From NCBI GenBank assembly GCA_964469485.1, contig CAYXZP010000002.1, forward strand, positions 1-60,655: a DNA stretch of 60,655 nt. Direction: 5' to 3'. The position numbers were made by a program, and so were the translations under genes. Source of the stretch: an uncultured Myxococcales bacterium. Lineage in GTDB: Bacteria > Desulfobacterota > Binatia > UBA1149 > CAYXZP01. The notes below the pieces were generated by a model that saw only the letters and a program-made list of their open reading frames with translations, was not told where the DNA came from and searched no databases. Of the stretch, positions 18,040-25,900 are shown piece by piece (the stretch's first letter is position 1; each line of letters begins with the position of its first letter).

Positions 18040-18966
18040 ATGACGGAGCCAGGCTCTGCCGGTTCGCCGCTACGCACGCTGTTCGAGTGGACCGTTTTCC
18101 CGGTCATAGCCGGTGGCGGGACGCTGCTTGCCATCGAGGCCATCAAGGCCGGCCGCGGACCGCTGGCGGTCTACGTCGTCGTACAGGGCGTGGCCGTGAT
18201 AAGCGTGGCCGTTCTCGAGCGCTTCATTCCGTACTCCCGCAAGTGGCTCGAGCACCACGGCGACATACCGGCCGACGCCGGTCATTCCGTGGTATCGGCG
18301 GTCCTGTTCCCCGAGCTGCTCAAGCCTTTCATCTACGCTGCTGGCATTGCCACCGCTGCGTGGCTGGCCGCCCGTCTAGGCACAGGGGTCTGGCCGCAGT
18401 CCTGGCCGCTCTCAGCCCAGCTCGCGCTGGCCTTGGTGGCCGGCGAGTTCGGCCAGTACTGGGTGCACCGCCTCGAACACGAGCAAGCATGGCTGTGGCG
18501 CTTCCACGCAACTCACCACAGCGCGCCGCGGCTTTACTGGCTCAACGCTGGCCGCTTTCACCCGGTCGATTACCTGTTGTTGTTCGTGGCCTGGTACTGG
18601 GTGCTGATAGCGCTGGGCGCAGGCATAGAGGTGATCGCGCTATTTTCCTGGTTCACGGCCATCCATGGCATCTTCCAGCACTGTAACCTGCCTATAAAGC
18701 TGGGGCCGCTCAATTGGGTCTTTTCCATGACCGAACTGCACCGCTGGCATCACTCGCGTACGGTCGAGGAATCCAACGCCAACTACGGCGCAACCATTAT
18801 CGTGTGGGACATCGTCTTCGGCACGCGCTACCTGCCGCGCGACCGTAAACCGCCCGAAGAGATAGGCATTGCCGACCTTCCTGACTTCCCCGGGGGCTAC
18901 TTCGCCCAGCTGTTGTCGCCCTTCCGCTGGGCGCGCGTTGTGCGCGAGTCGCGCGGCCCGGCCTAG
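18040..18966 (+). CDS. Fatty-acid hydroxylase/sterol desaturase-family membrane di-iron enzyme
   Basis: His boxes 'HRLEHE', 'FHATHHS' and 'HRWHHS'. ATG 18040 is preferred over the listed 17989 start, which lies 12 nt from the divergent gene. Confidence 0.75.
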   Translation: MTEPGSAGSPLRTLFEWTVFPVIAGGGTLLAIEAIKAGRGPLAVYVVVQGVAVISVAVLERFIPYSRKWLEHHGDIPADAGHSVVSAVLFPELLKPFIYAAGIATAAWLAARLGTGVWPQSWPLSAQLALALVAGEFGQYWVHRLEHEQAWLWRFHATHHSAPRLYWLNAGRFHPVDYLLLFVAWYWVLIALGAGIEVIALFSWFTAIHGIFQHCNLPIKLGPLNWVFSMTELHRWHHSRTVEESNANYGATIIVWDIVFGTRYLPRDRKPPEEIGIADLPDFPGGYFAQLLSPFRWARVVRESRGPA

Positions 18967-19496
18967 GCCGCCCGCCGGTGCCAGGGGTGCGCGCGCGGGA
19001 GCCAGCGCGGCACGTTCTGCTTGTAGGCCAGGTAGTCGCGCCCGAAGCGGCGCATCAGGCCCGGTTCTTCGAGCAGCGGGATATAGACGGCGTTCATGGC
19101 GACGAACAGGCCCAGCCAGACGAACAGGGCGGCTGAACCGAACAGTACCGCCTCGCCTGTCAGTACCGCGAACACGCCCGAGATCATCGGGTTGCGTACC
19201 CGGCGGTAGGGGCCGCGTATGACGAGTTTGGTGGCCGGGTCCCAGGGCGCAAGTGTTCCGTGCCCCGTGGCGCGCATCAGCGATATGGTGCGGGCCATGA
19301 GTTGGACGCCGTAGCCGAGCAGCCCGAGGCCTAGGAACAGGGGTGCGAGCGCGGCCGCGCCCGGCAGCGTCCAGCCCGGGGTCGAGTCGAAGGAGCGCAG
19401 TAGTAGCGCGGGAACGGCAACGGTGACGGTGCCGGGCAGGATAAGGACCGCGAGCAGGGCGCGCCAGACCGGCGGCGAGGGGGCTCGGTCGGCCAT
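18963..19496 (-). CDS. ICMT/PEMT-family membrane methyltransferase
   Basis: 'RGPYRRVRNPMISGVFAVLTGEAVLF...EEPGLMRRFGRDYLAYKQNVPRWLP'. ATG 19496 ('MADRAPSPP') sits 8 nt after the upstream GH84 stop. The longer listed ORF overlaps that gene. Confidence 0.75.
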   Translation of the reverse strand: MADRAPSPPVWRALLAVLILPGTVTVAVPALLLRSFDSTPGWTLPGAAALAPLFLGLGLLGYGVQLMARTISLMRATGHGTLAPWDPATKLVIRGPYRRVRNPMISGVFAVLTGEAVLFGSAALFVWLGLFVAMNAVYIPLLEEPGLMRRFGRDYLAYKQNVPRWLPRAHPWHRRAA

Positions 19497-19503
19497 GGGG
19501 TGA

Positions 19504-20544
19504 TTATAATGGTCGGGTGCCGCTCGTGGCCAACCAGTCGGCGACCTCGCGGGCCGTTTCGTCCGGCAGGCCGGCGTAGGCGGCCGCCAGACGCTCCCTG
19601 GCGCCGGCGTCCATCGCGCAGCGGCCCCGTTCCTGGAAGGACCTGGCGTCCTCGGCCAGGCGTTCGGCCAACCCCGCCGAGCACAAGCGGGCCAGGGCCG
19701 CGCGAAAGGAAACTTGCGGGTCATAGGCCCGGCCCTGGCGGTAGCGGTCGGCCAGCGTTGCCAGCGGGATACGCGATAGTCGAGCTTGCAGCATCGGGTT
19801 AACCGCGTGGCCGGCCACGAGGTCGGCGAGGCCGGCGTCCGCTTTGCCGAAGCCGCGCAGGTGTAGGAAGTCTGCGCGCGCTACGTCGTTGACGGGGTAA
19901 TTGTCCCAGAGAAAGGGACGCCGCCCGATGCGACCGGCGACCTCGCGCAGGTGCCCGGGGGGATAGTCGGCCGACATGACCGACTGCCCTGTCCAAAAGA
20001 TGTCCGTGTCGGGGTCGAGCAGCCGGCCGAGTTCCTCGAGGTAGCCGTCGGGCCGGCGGCCGAAGACCTCATCGAGCAGCGGGTCGTCGCTGTAGTAGGT
20101 CGGGCAGACCAGCAGGCGCGCTGGTGCCGCGGCCTCGGCAAGGCGAGCTACGATCTCGACCTGTTTGTCGACCAGGTCCTCCACGTCGCCCCGCATGTCG
20201 TCGAAGAGTATCGCCAGCAGGTCGAGGCCCATGTCGCGCAGTCTCCCGGCCTTGGCTGCGAGCGCGGGACCGACCAGGCTGATGTCTTCCTGCCAGGCCC
20301 CGGCGGGGCTCAGCCCCATCCCCCAGGCCAGTCCCGCGTCGCGGTAGCTCTGGGCTGTCCGTAGCAATTGCCGAAGCTCGTTGCCGGTCCAGTCCGAGCG
20401 CCAGTCATCTCGCAGGAAGGGGTCGTTCTTGGGGGCGTAGATGTAGAACCGGTAGCCCTGTTCGGCCAAGAATGGCGCCAGGCTACGGCGGGCTTCCCAG
20501 CGCCAGGGAGGTCCGTAAAACCCCTCTATCAATCCGTAGTTCAA
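19504..20544 (-). CDS. GH84-family beta-N-acetylglucosaminidase (O-GlcNAcase-like), no signal peptide
   Basis: 'LIEGFYGPPW', 'IYAPKNDP', catalytic 'LFDDM' (DD at 20197-20202), 'CPTYY', 'WTGQ', 'WDNYPVND' and 'NPM' match conserved GH84 blocks in order. Confidence 0.85.
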   Translation of the reverse strand: MNYGLIEGFYGPPWRWEARRSLAPFLAEQGYRFYIYAPKNDPFLRDDWRSDWTGNELRQLLRTAQSYRDAGLAWGMGLSPAGAWQEDISLVGPALAAKAGRLRDMGLDLLAILFDDMRGDVEDLVDKQVEIVARLAEAAAPARLLVCPTYYSDDPLLDEVFGRRPDGYLEELGRLLDPDTDIFWTGQSVMSADYPPGHLREVAGRIGRRPFLWDNYPVNDVARADFLHLRGFGKADAGLADLVAGHAVNPMLQARLSRIPLATLADRYRQGRAYDPQVSFRAALARLCSAGLAERLAEDARSFQERGRCAMDAGARERLAAAYAGLPDETAREVADWLATSGTRPL

Positions 20545-20648
20545 AGGTGACGCTCCGCTGCTATCCTAGGCTTGCTGTCCTCGGCCGGCTACTGGACCAA
20601 GGTCCGAGTTGTACAGCCGGTGCCTGCAAGGTTAGCCTCGAAACTGAC

Positions 20649-22538
20649 ATGAAGGCCCTCACCACGCTGCTGCTCTTACTTGTCTGCCTGGGCTCGCCCG
20701 TGGCCGTCGCGGCCGGCTCGACCGACGTGGCCGCGGCCGATGATCTCTGCCTCTCCACCGACGACCCCTGTATCGTCAACGACACCTATACGGTCTTGGA
20801 CGGCAGTACCCTCGACTTCGGCAGCAGGCAGCTGCGCATCTCCAGCGGCGGTCAACTCGACATAGGCGCGGGCACGGTGACCATACTGTGCGGGGGCTTG
20901 CTCGTCGACAGTACCAATGGTGTGGCCATCAAGGCCAGCGGCGATGATTTCAGCGGCGGCGAGCTTACCGTGCGGGCCAGCCGCACCTGCGAAAACGACG
21001 ACACTCAGACCTGTCTCGAGCACGTCGAATGCACCGGCGACTGCACCGGCGGGGACGGCACCATATCCCTGGGGGCCAAGATCACGGGCAGCAACGAGGA
21101 GATGCCGGCCACAATCACGCTATATGCTGCCGGCGACATCACCATCGACAAGAAGATCACACTTGCCGGGACCACATCCGATTCGGACGGAGGCGAGCTC
21201 GACATCGAATCCTATCTCGGCTCCGTCACCATCAGCGCCGTCATCGACGTGACCTCGGGCGGGGATTCCACCGGCGGCGAGGTCACCATAACCGCCAGCG
21301 ACGATGTCACGGTTGGCAGTGAGATCGACGCGTCGGGGGGGGATTTCGGCGGCGGCGAGGTCACCATAACGGCGGATGATGATGTGAACATCAGCGCCGA
21401 CATCAACGTCAGTTCGAGCACCGGTGGAGGCGATGGGGGCAGCTTGACGGTGACCGCGGGCGGCGACATATCCATGAGTTCGTCGGGCTCCGGCAACATC
21501 GTTGTCCAGGCCAACGGCAATACATCGAGTGACAATTTTTCCGGAGACGGCGGCTGGCTTACCTTCACGGCAAGCGGCGACATGGCGATTGCGTCGACCG
21601 CTCGCTTGCGTACCAACGGTCCGGCGCCCGACGGGGGCGGGGGCATGGTCGAGCTCACGGCATCGGGCGACATCTCCGTGGCCGGAAGGGTCACTGCGCT
21701 CGGCAAAGGGAATAGCGGTTATGGCGGAGACGTCGACATCGCCGCGCAAGGGTCGATAAGCGTCTTGAGTACCGGCGAGATAGACGCCACGGGCAAGGGT
21801 AGTGCCGGGACCATCGGGCTGCTGGCAACGGGGGCCATAGATTTTGCCGGTGAGGCCGATGCGTCCTCGTCGAGCACCGGGTTGGGCGGCGCCATCAGTC
21901 TGACGGCCGGTACCAGCATAGAGCTTTCCGGCGACCTCCTCGTCGACGGCAGTCCCTCGGGAACCACCAATGGCACCACCGACCTGTCGGCCTGCGATGT
22001 CACGCTGGCTTCGGGTGCGTTGATCGATAACGAGGGCTCCTACGGCAAGAACAGTATAACCGCCGCCGATTCGATCACGGCAGCCTCGGGCTCGGAGGTG
22101 TTCGCAGACAGCAGCAGCGGCACGAACCTGTTCACATACGGTGCCCCCGGCAACACGCCTTCGCTGCTCGGCACCGTAAGCCCCGCCGCTTCGCTGGTGC
22201 TGAGCGACACTCTGATCAGCTGCAGCACCGAGGCGCCCGCCACCACCACAACCACCACAACGACCAGCGAGTCTACGACGACGACTATCAGTTCGGGCGG
22301 GGAGTGCGGGGATGTGACGGGCGATAGCCAAGTAATGGTCGGGGATGCACTCGCCATCCTCAAGGCGGCCGTCGGCATCACGGTAACCATAGTCTGTGAT
22401 GAAGACCAGGTGGGTTATTGCGGGGATGTGACCGGCGACTGCGATATAACGGTCTCCGATGCGCTGGCCATCCTCAAGACGGCGGTCGGCATCACGGTAA
22501 CCATGGACTGCACCGTGACCTGCCCCGCTGGCACCTAA
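20649..22538 (+). CDS. Secreted beta-helix-repeat protein F with a Thr linker and C-terminal dockerin-like pair
   Basis: ATG 20649 gives signal peptide 'MKALTTLLLLLVCLGSPVAVAAG'. About 20 degenerate repeats of the type 'GGEVTITASDDVTVGSEIDASGG'. The N-terminal head is homologous to that of 22947-27059. Confidence 0.85.
   Translation: MKALTTLLLLLVCLGSPVAVAAGSTDVAAADDLCLSTDDPCIVNDTYTVLDGSTLDFGSRQLRISSGGQLDIGAGTVTILCGGLLVDSTNGVAIKASGDDFSGGELTVRASRTCENDDTQTCLEHVECTGDCTGGDGTISLGAKITGSNEEMPATITLYAAGDITIDKKITLAGTTSDSDGGELDIESYLGSVTISAVIDVTSGGDSTGGEVTITASDDVTVGSEIDASGGDFGGGEVTITADDDVNISADINVSSSTGGGDGGSLTVTAGGDISMSSSGSGNIVVQANGNTSSDNFSGDGGWLTFTASGDMAIASTARLRTNGPAPDGGGGMVELTASGDISVAGRVTALGKGNSGYGGDVDIAAQGSISVLSTGEIDATGKGSAGTIGLLATGAIDFAGEADASSSSTGLGGAISLTAGTSIELSGDLLVDGSPSGTTNGTTDLSACDVTLASGALIDNEGSYGKNSITAADSITAASGSEVFADSSSGTNLFTYGAPGNTPSLLGTVSPAASLVLSDTLISCSTEAPATTTTTTTTSESTTTTISSGGECGDVTGDSQVMVGDALAILKAAVGITVTIVCDEDQVGYCGDVTGDCDITVSDALAILKTAVGITVTMDCTVTCPAGT
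22305..22511 (+). other. Two Cys-bracketed dockerin-like repeats (protein F)
   Basis: 'CGDVTGDSQVMVGDALAILKAAVGITVTIVC' (22305-22397) and 'CGDVTGDCDITVSDALAILKTAVGITVTMDC' (22419-22511). Each has an EF-hand-like loop plus a helix, as in dockerin type I. Confidence 0.6.
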
Positions 22539-22541
22539 CGG

Positions 22542-22547
22542 TATAAT
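22542..22547 (+). promoter_or_regulatory. Perfect TATAAT hexamer 9 nt upstream of the 22557 ATG
   Basis: Read directly ('cggTATAATcggtatccgATG'). No convincing -35 and no SD between the hexamer and the ATG, so a leaderless or near-leaderless transcript is possible. Confidence 0.35.
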
Positions 22548-22556
22548 CGGTATCCG

Positions 22557-22847
22557 ATGTCACGGGCTTGGGGCTATATATTCGTGTTCGTGGTCATTGC
22601 CGTAGGGGCCGGGTCGCTGTTGTTGCCCATGCCCGAAACAGTGATCTCCCCGACACCCGCGGCCAAAAAGAGCACGCCCTCGGCCTCGCGCAAGGCTCCC
22701 CCCCTGTCTGCTTCCCGCGCCAAACCCGGCGTTTTGCCCAAGGCGTCGAAGGCGGCGAAACCGGCCACCCCCGCCTTGCCCAAGACCTTTCCGATGGACG
22801 ACACCACTCGCTCGCGCCAGCTGGTCAAGCCCAAACCCAAGGGCTGA
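22557..22847 (+). CDS. Small membrane-anchored Pro/Ala/Lys-rich protein (96 aa)
   Basis: N-terminal TM 'YIFVFVVIAVGAGSLLL' followed by a basic PAK-rich tail. Third-codon positions are mostly G/C by hand count, consistent with coding in this frame. Followed by hairpin 22850-22866. Confidence 0.55.
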   Translation: MSRAWGYIFVFVVIAVGAGSLLLPMPETVISPTPAAKKSTPSASRKAPPLSASRAKPGVLPKASKAAKPATPALPKTFPMDDTTRSRQLVKPKPKG

Positions 22848-22946
22848 CATCGGGGCTTGTCCCCGACCCCTCTCTCTAGCTAGGCTATAGGGATAGGCTG
22901 GCCCTGTTGCCCCCCGGCCACACGGGCCCTGTCCGCCCGCAGCCCT

Positions 22947-25900
22947 ATGGTAGAACACGTTCGCAGATCGCCGAGCCTGTTGCTCTCGGCGCTGATGTTG
23001 CTGGCCTGGGCGGCGCCCGCGGCGGCAGCCGAGGTCAGCTCAGCCGACGACATATGTGCGGCCAACGCCGACCCCTGCGTCATCGACTCCAACCTGACGG
23101 TTGCGAGCGGCTCGACCCTGGATTTCGGGGCCCGTGACGTCGAGATAACAGGGGCGGGGCGTCTGAGCCCCGACGGAGGTTTGGTCACTCTCCTGTGTGG
23201 GAACCTTTCGGCGACAGGCGGCAGCAAGAAGGTAGCGATCAAGCTCCTGGACGGAGCCTCTCTCACCATTAAGGCCCGGCGCAGCTGTTCGTTCGATGCT
23301 ACCGCCGCCTGTCTGACAGATGACGATTGTGCCGGCTGGACCGTGTGCAACGTCGGAACCGGAAGCATCGACCTCAACGCCAAGGTCGTGGGGCAGCAGG
23401 AATATCCCGGGAGTCTGAGAATGGACGCCGCGGACGACATCACGGTTGGCCAGACCATCAACCTTTCGGGCACCGAACCCGACTCGGACGGTGGCGACCT
23501 GGACCTCACGGCCAAGGCGGGGAACGTGACGGTCAGCGGCGACATAGACCTCACCTCGGGGGGTAACGGGATGGGGGGCGTCATCACCGTTAACGCGGGG
23601 GGCGATTTCGCGGTCTACGACGAGATCGATGCGCGCGGCGGGGACGGCGATGGCGGGTCGATCTACGTGACCGTCGGCGGGGATGTGTTGATAGACGCCG
23701 ATCTCAAGATGAACTCGCGCGCGGGGGCCGGCGACGGCGGCGACATCGACATCACTGCCGACGGCAACGTCGTCGTCGGTGCCGACGACAGCACCGCGGT
23801 GGTCATCGATGGCGACGGGATGGGCCCCACCGATTTTGGCGGCGGTTCGGGCAGCGACGTGGCCCTGCTCGCCGACGGCAACATCGTGGTCGGCAAGAGC
23901 GCGCTCATTCAAACAAACGGAGCCACTCCGGACGGGGATGGCGGCTATATCGATCTGACGGCCGGCGGCGACATCACTCTGGGCGGTACCATCGAGGCCC
24001 GCGCCCGGGGTAGCGAAGGGAGCGGGGGCGAGGTGTGGATGGATGCCGGTGGCGATATCACGATCGAGAGCACCGGCGAGCTTACGACCACAGCCAAGGA
24101 CGACGGAGGCGATATCTGGCTGGAATCAGATGGCGCTCTCGTGCTCGCCGGCGCGGCCACATCCACAGGCGGAAGCGATAGCATGGGCGGCGACATGATG
24201 CTCGACGCCGGCACCGATGCGTCCATAAGCGGGACACTCAAGACCAATGTGGGCGGCAGTATATCTATCGACGTTGGTACCGATGTCTCCATAAGCGGTT
24301 CGCTCGCGAGCAAGAGTTCCGAGCCCGGCGACATCGAGGTCTCGGCCTGCCGGGTCTCCCTGTCGAGCGGCGCGAGCATCGAGGCCAAAGGCGGTGCCGC
24401 CACCAACTTGTTCACGATCGGCGAGAGCATGACGGTCGCAAGCGGAGCCACGGTCAAGGCCAACCAGAACTCGGGCGTGAACAGCATCGTCTATCGTGAC
24501 CAGTACAAGCCGCCTGTCATCGAAGGGAGCGTGACCCCGGCGGCCACCCTCACGGTCAACCCCAGCCTTGCCGGATGCCCGGTATGCGGGAACTCGGAGG
24601 TCGATTACGGCGAGACTTGCGACGATGGCGGTACTGTGGGCGGCGACGGGTGCGCTTCGACCTGCCAGCATGATGCATGCGTCGCCGCTACGTCCGGATA
24701 TCCGACCGTTCCTGTCTGTGATGATGGCGACCCCTGTACCAATGACTCTTGCGGCCGTAGCAGCGGGCAATGCTCCAATCTGATCGACTGCACGATAAGC
24801 GGGTGTTCGTCGCACAGCGACTGTATGGTCCCCACGACGACAACGACAACGACCACGACGACGACCACCACCACCACGGTTGACCCTGGGGGCACTACCA
24901 CCAGCACGACCTCCAGTTCGACGAGCAGTTCGTCGACCACTACAAGCACGACCACCACGACGACCACGACCAGCTCGACCAGCACGACCACCCTACCGCC
25001 CGCCGCGGACGACGAATGTCCGGGCGTGGCGATGGTCGAGTTCTTTGCTGCAAGCGGCGGGGCATGCACGGACGATGACGATTGCGGTCCGGGTAGCTGT
25101 CAGGGCGGGTATTGTCAGACCCAGACACGGCTCGACGCCGGCAGCACAGGCGTCCAGCACGGTGGCGACGTCAACGACCGGAGCACCTTGCATGTCGCCC
25201 TCGACTGCGCCGGGAACTTCCCTTGCGGCGTCTGCGACATAGACGGGATAGACGGCGGGACCGGCGCGAGTTGCCGTTGTGCGGCCGACAACCGCAAGGT
25301 CTGTGACCGTGCGCTCAAGAACGACTACAACGATTGCGGGAACTATAGCGACCGTGCCTGCAACTGCTATCTGGGACCGCCGTTGCCGCTGTCCGCGGGA
25401 AACACACCGGTTTGTGTCGTAAACCGTTTGGCCCGGGACATCTCGGGCACGGTCGATGTCGATCTTGGGCGGGCCGAGGTCGAACTGTCGCTACGGAGCC
25501 GGGTGTTTCTCGGCGCCTCGGTGATCCAGCCATGTGCGTACTGTTCGGGTGACCCGACGGCGGGCGACGGTCTTCGCCAGGGCCTTTGTGTGGGCGGCGA
25601 CAACGACGGGCAGAGTTGCGACGGCGGCGCCGACAACAGCAGCTTCCCTGCTCCCGGGGGAGGGTTCCACAGTCTTGATTGCATGCCGACCGCTGGAAAG
25701 AATGTATCGGGTGAGGGTCTGCGCATAGACCTCACGCACACGACCGGTTCCAGCGAGCTCGGTCACGGTCTCAACTGCGGCTTCCCCTTTATCGGCCACA
25801 CCTGCGCGTGCCGCACCTGCAGCTACGATACGAGCATACCGTGTTCGAGCACGGCCGATTGCAGCGCCGCGTATGCCGGCAGCTGCACCTCGCTCGGAAC

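Noticed and set aside
20472-20648. 5' extensions of listed ORFs: F from 20472, hflK from 45504, alpha/beta hydrolase from 54633, LLM from 55790, SDR from 52671, ICMT from 19724.
   Set aside because: Each extension overlaps the neighbouring gene or is Arg-rich with no homology-like sequence. In-frame internal starts give canonical N-termini and tight operon spacing.
21120-22331. 403-aa minus-strand ORF inside gene F. Similar long shadow ORFs occur inside A (7910-8917 +), D (39419-40537 -), C (23040-23912 -) and the FadH-like gene (15871-16905 +, 16957-17838 +).
   Set aside because: All are antisense or out of frame to ORFs with recognisable domains, and they have Arg/Gly/Ala-biased composition without motifs.
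22305-22511. Interpreting the dockerin-like repeats as evidence of a cellulosome.
   Set aside because: No glycoside hydrolase, CBM or scaffoldin-type multi-cohesin protein is attached or nearby. The organism looks Gram-negative (TonB receptor, LolA-like, RND). Only the assembly principle may be shared.
24834-24993. Highly repetitive tract that could be mistaken for a CRISPR or other repeat array.
   Set aside because: There is no repeat-spacer periodicity. It is an in-frame Thr/Ser codon run inside a continuous ORF.
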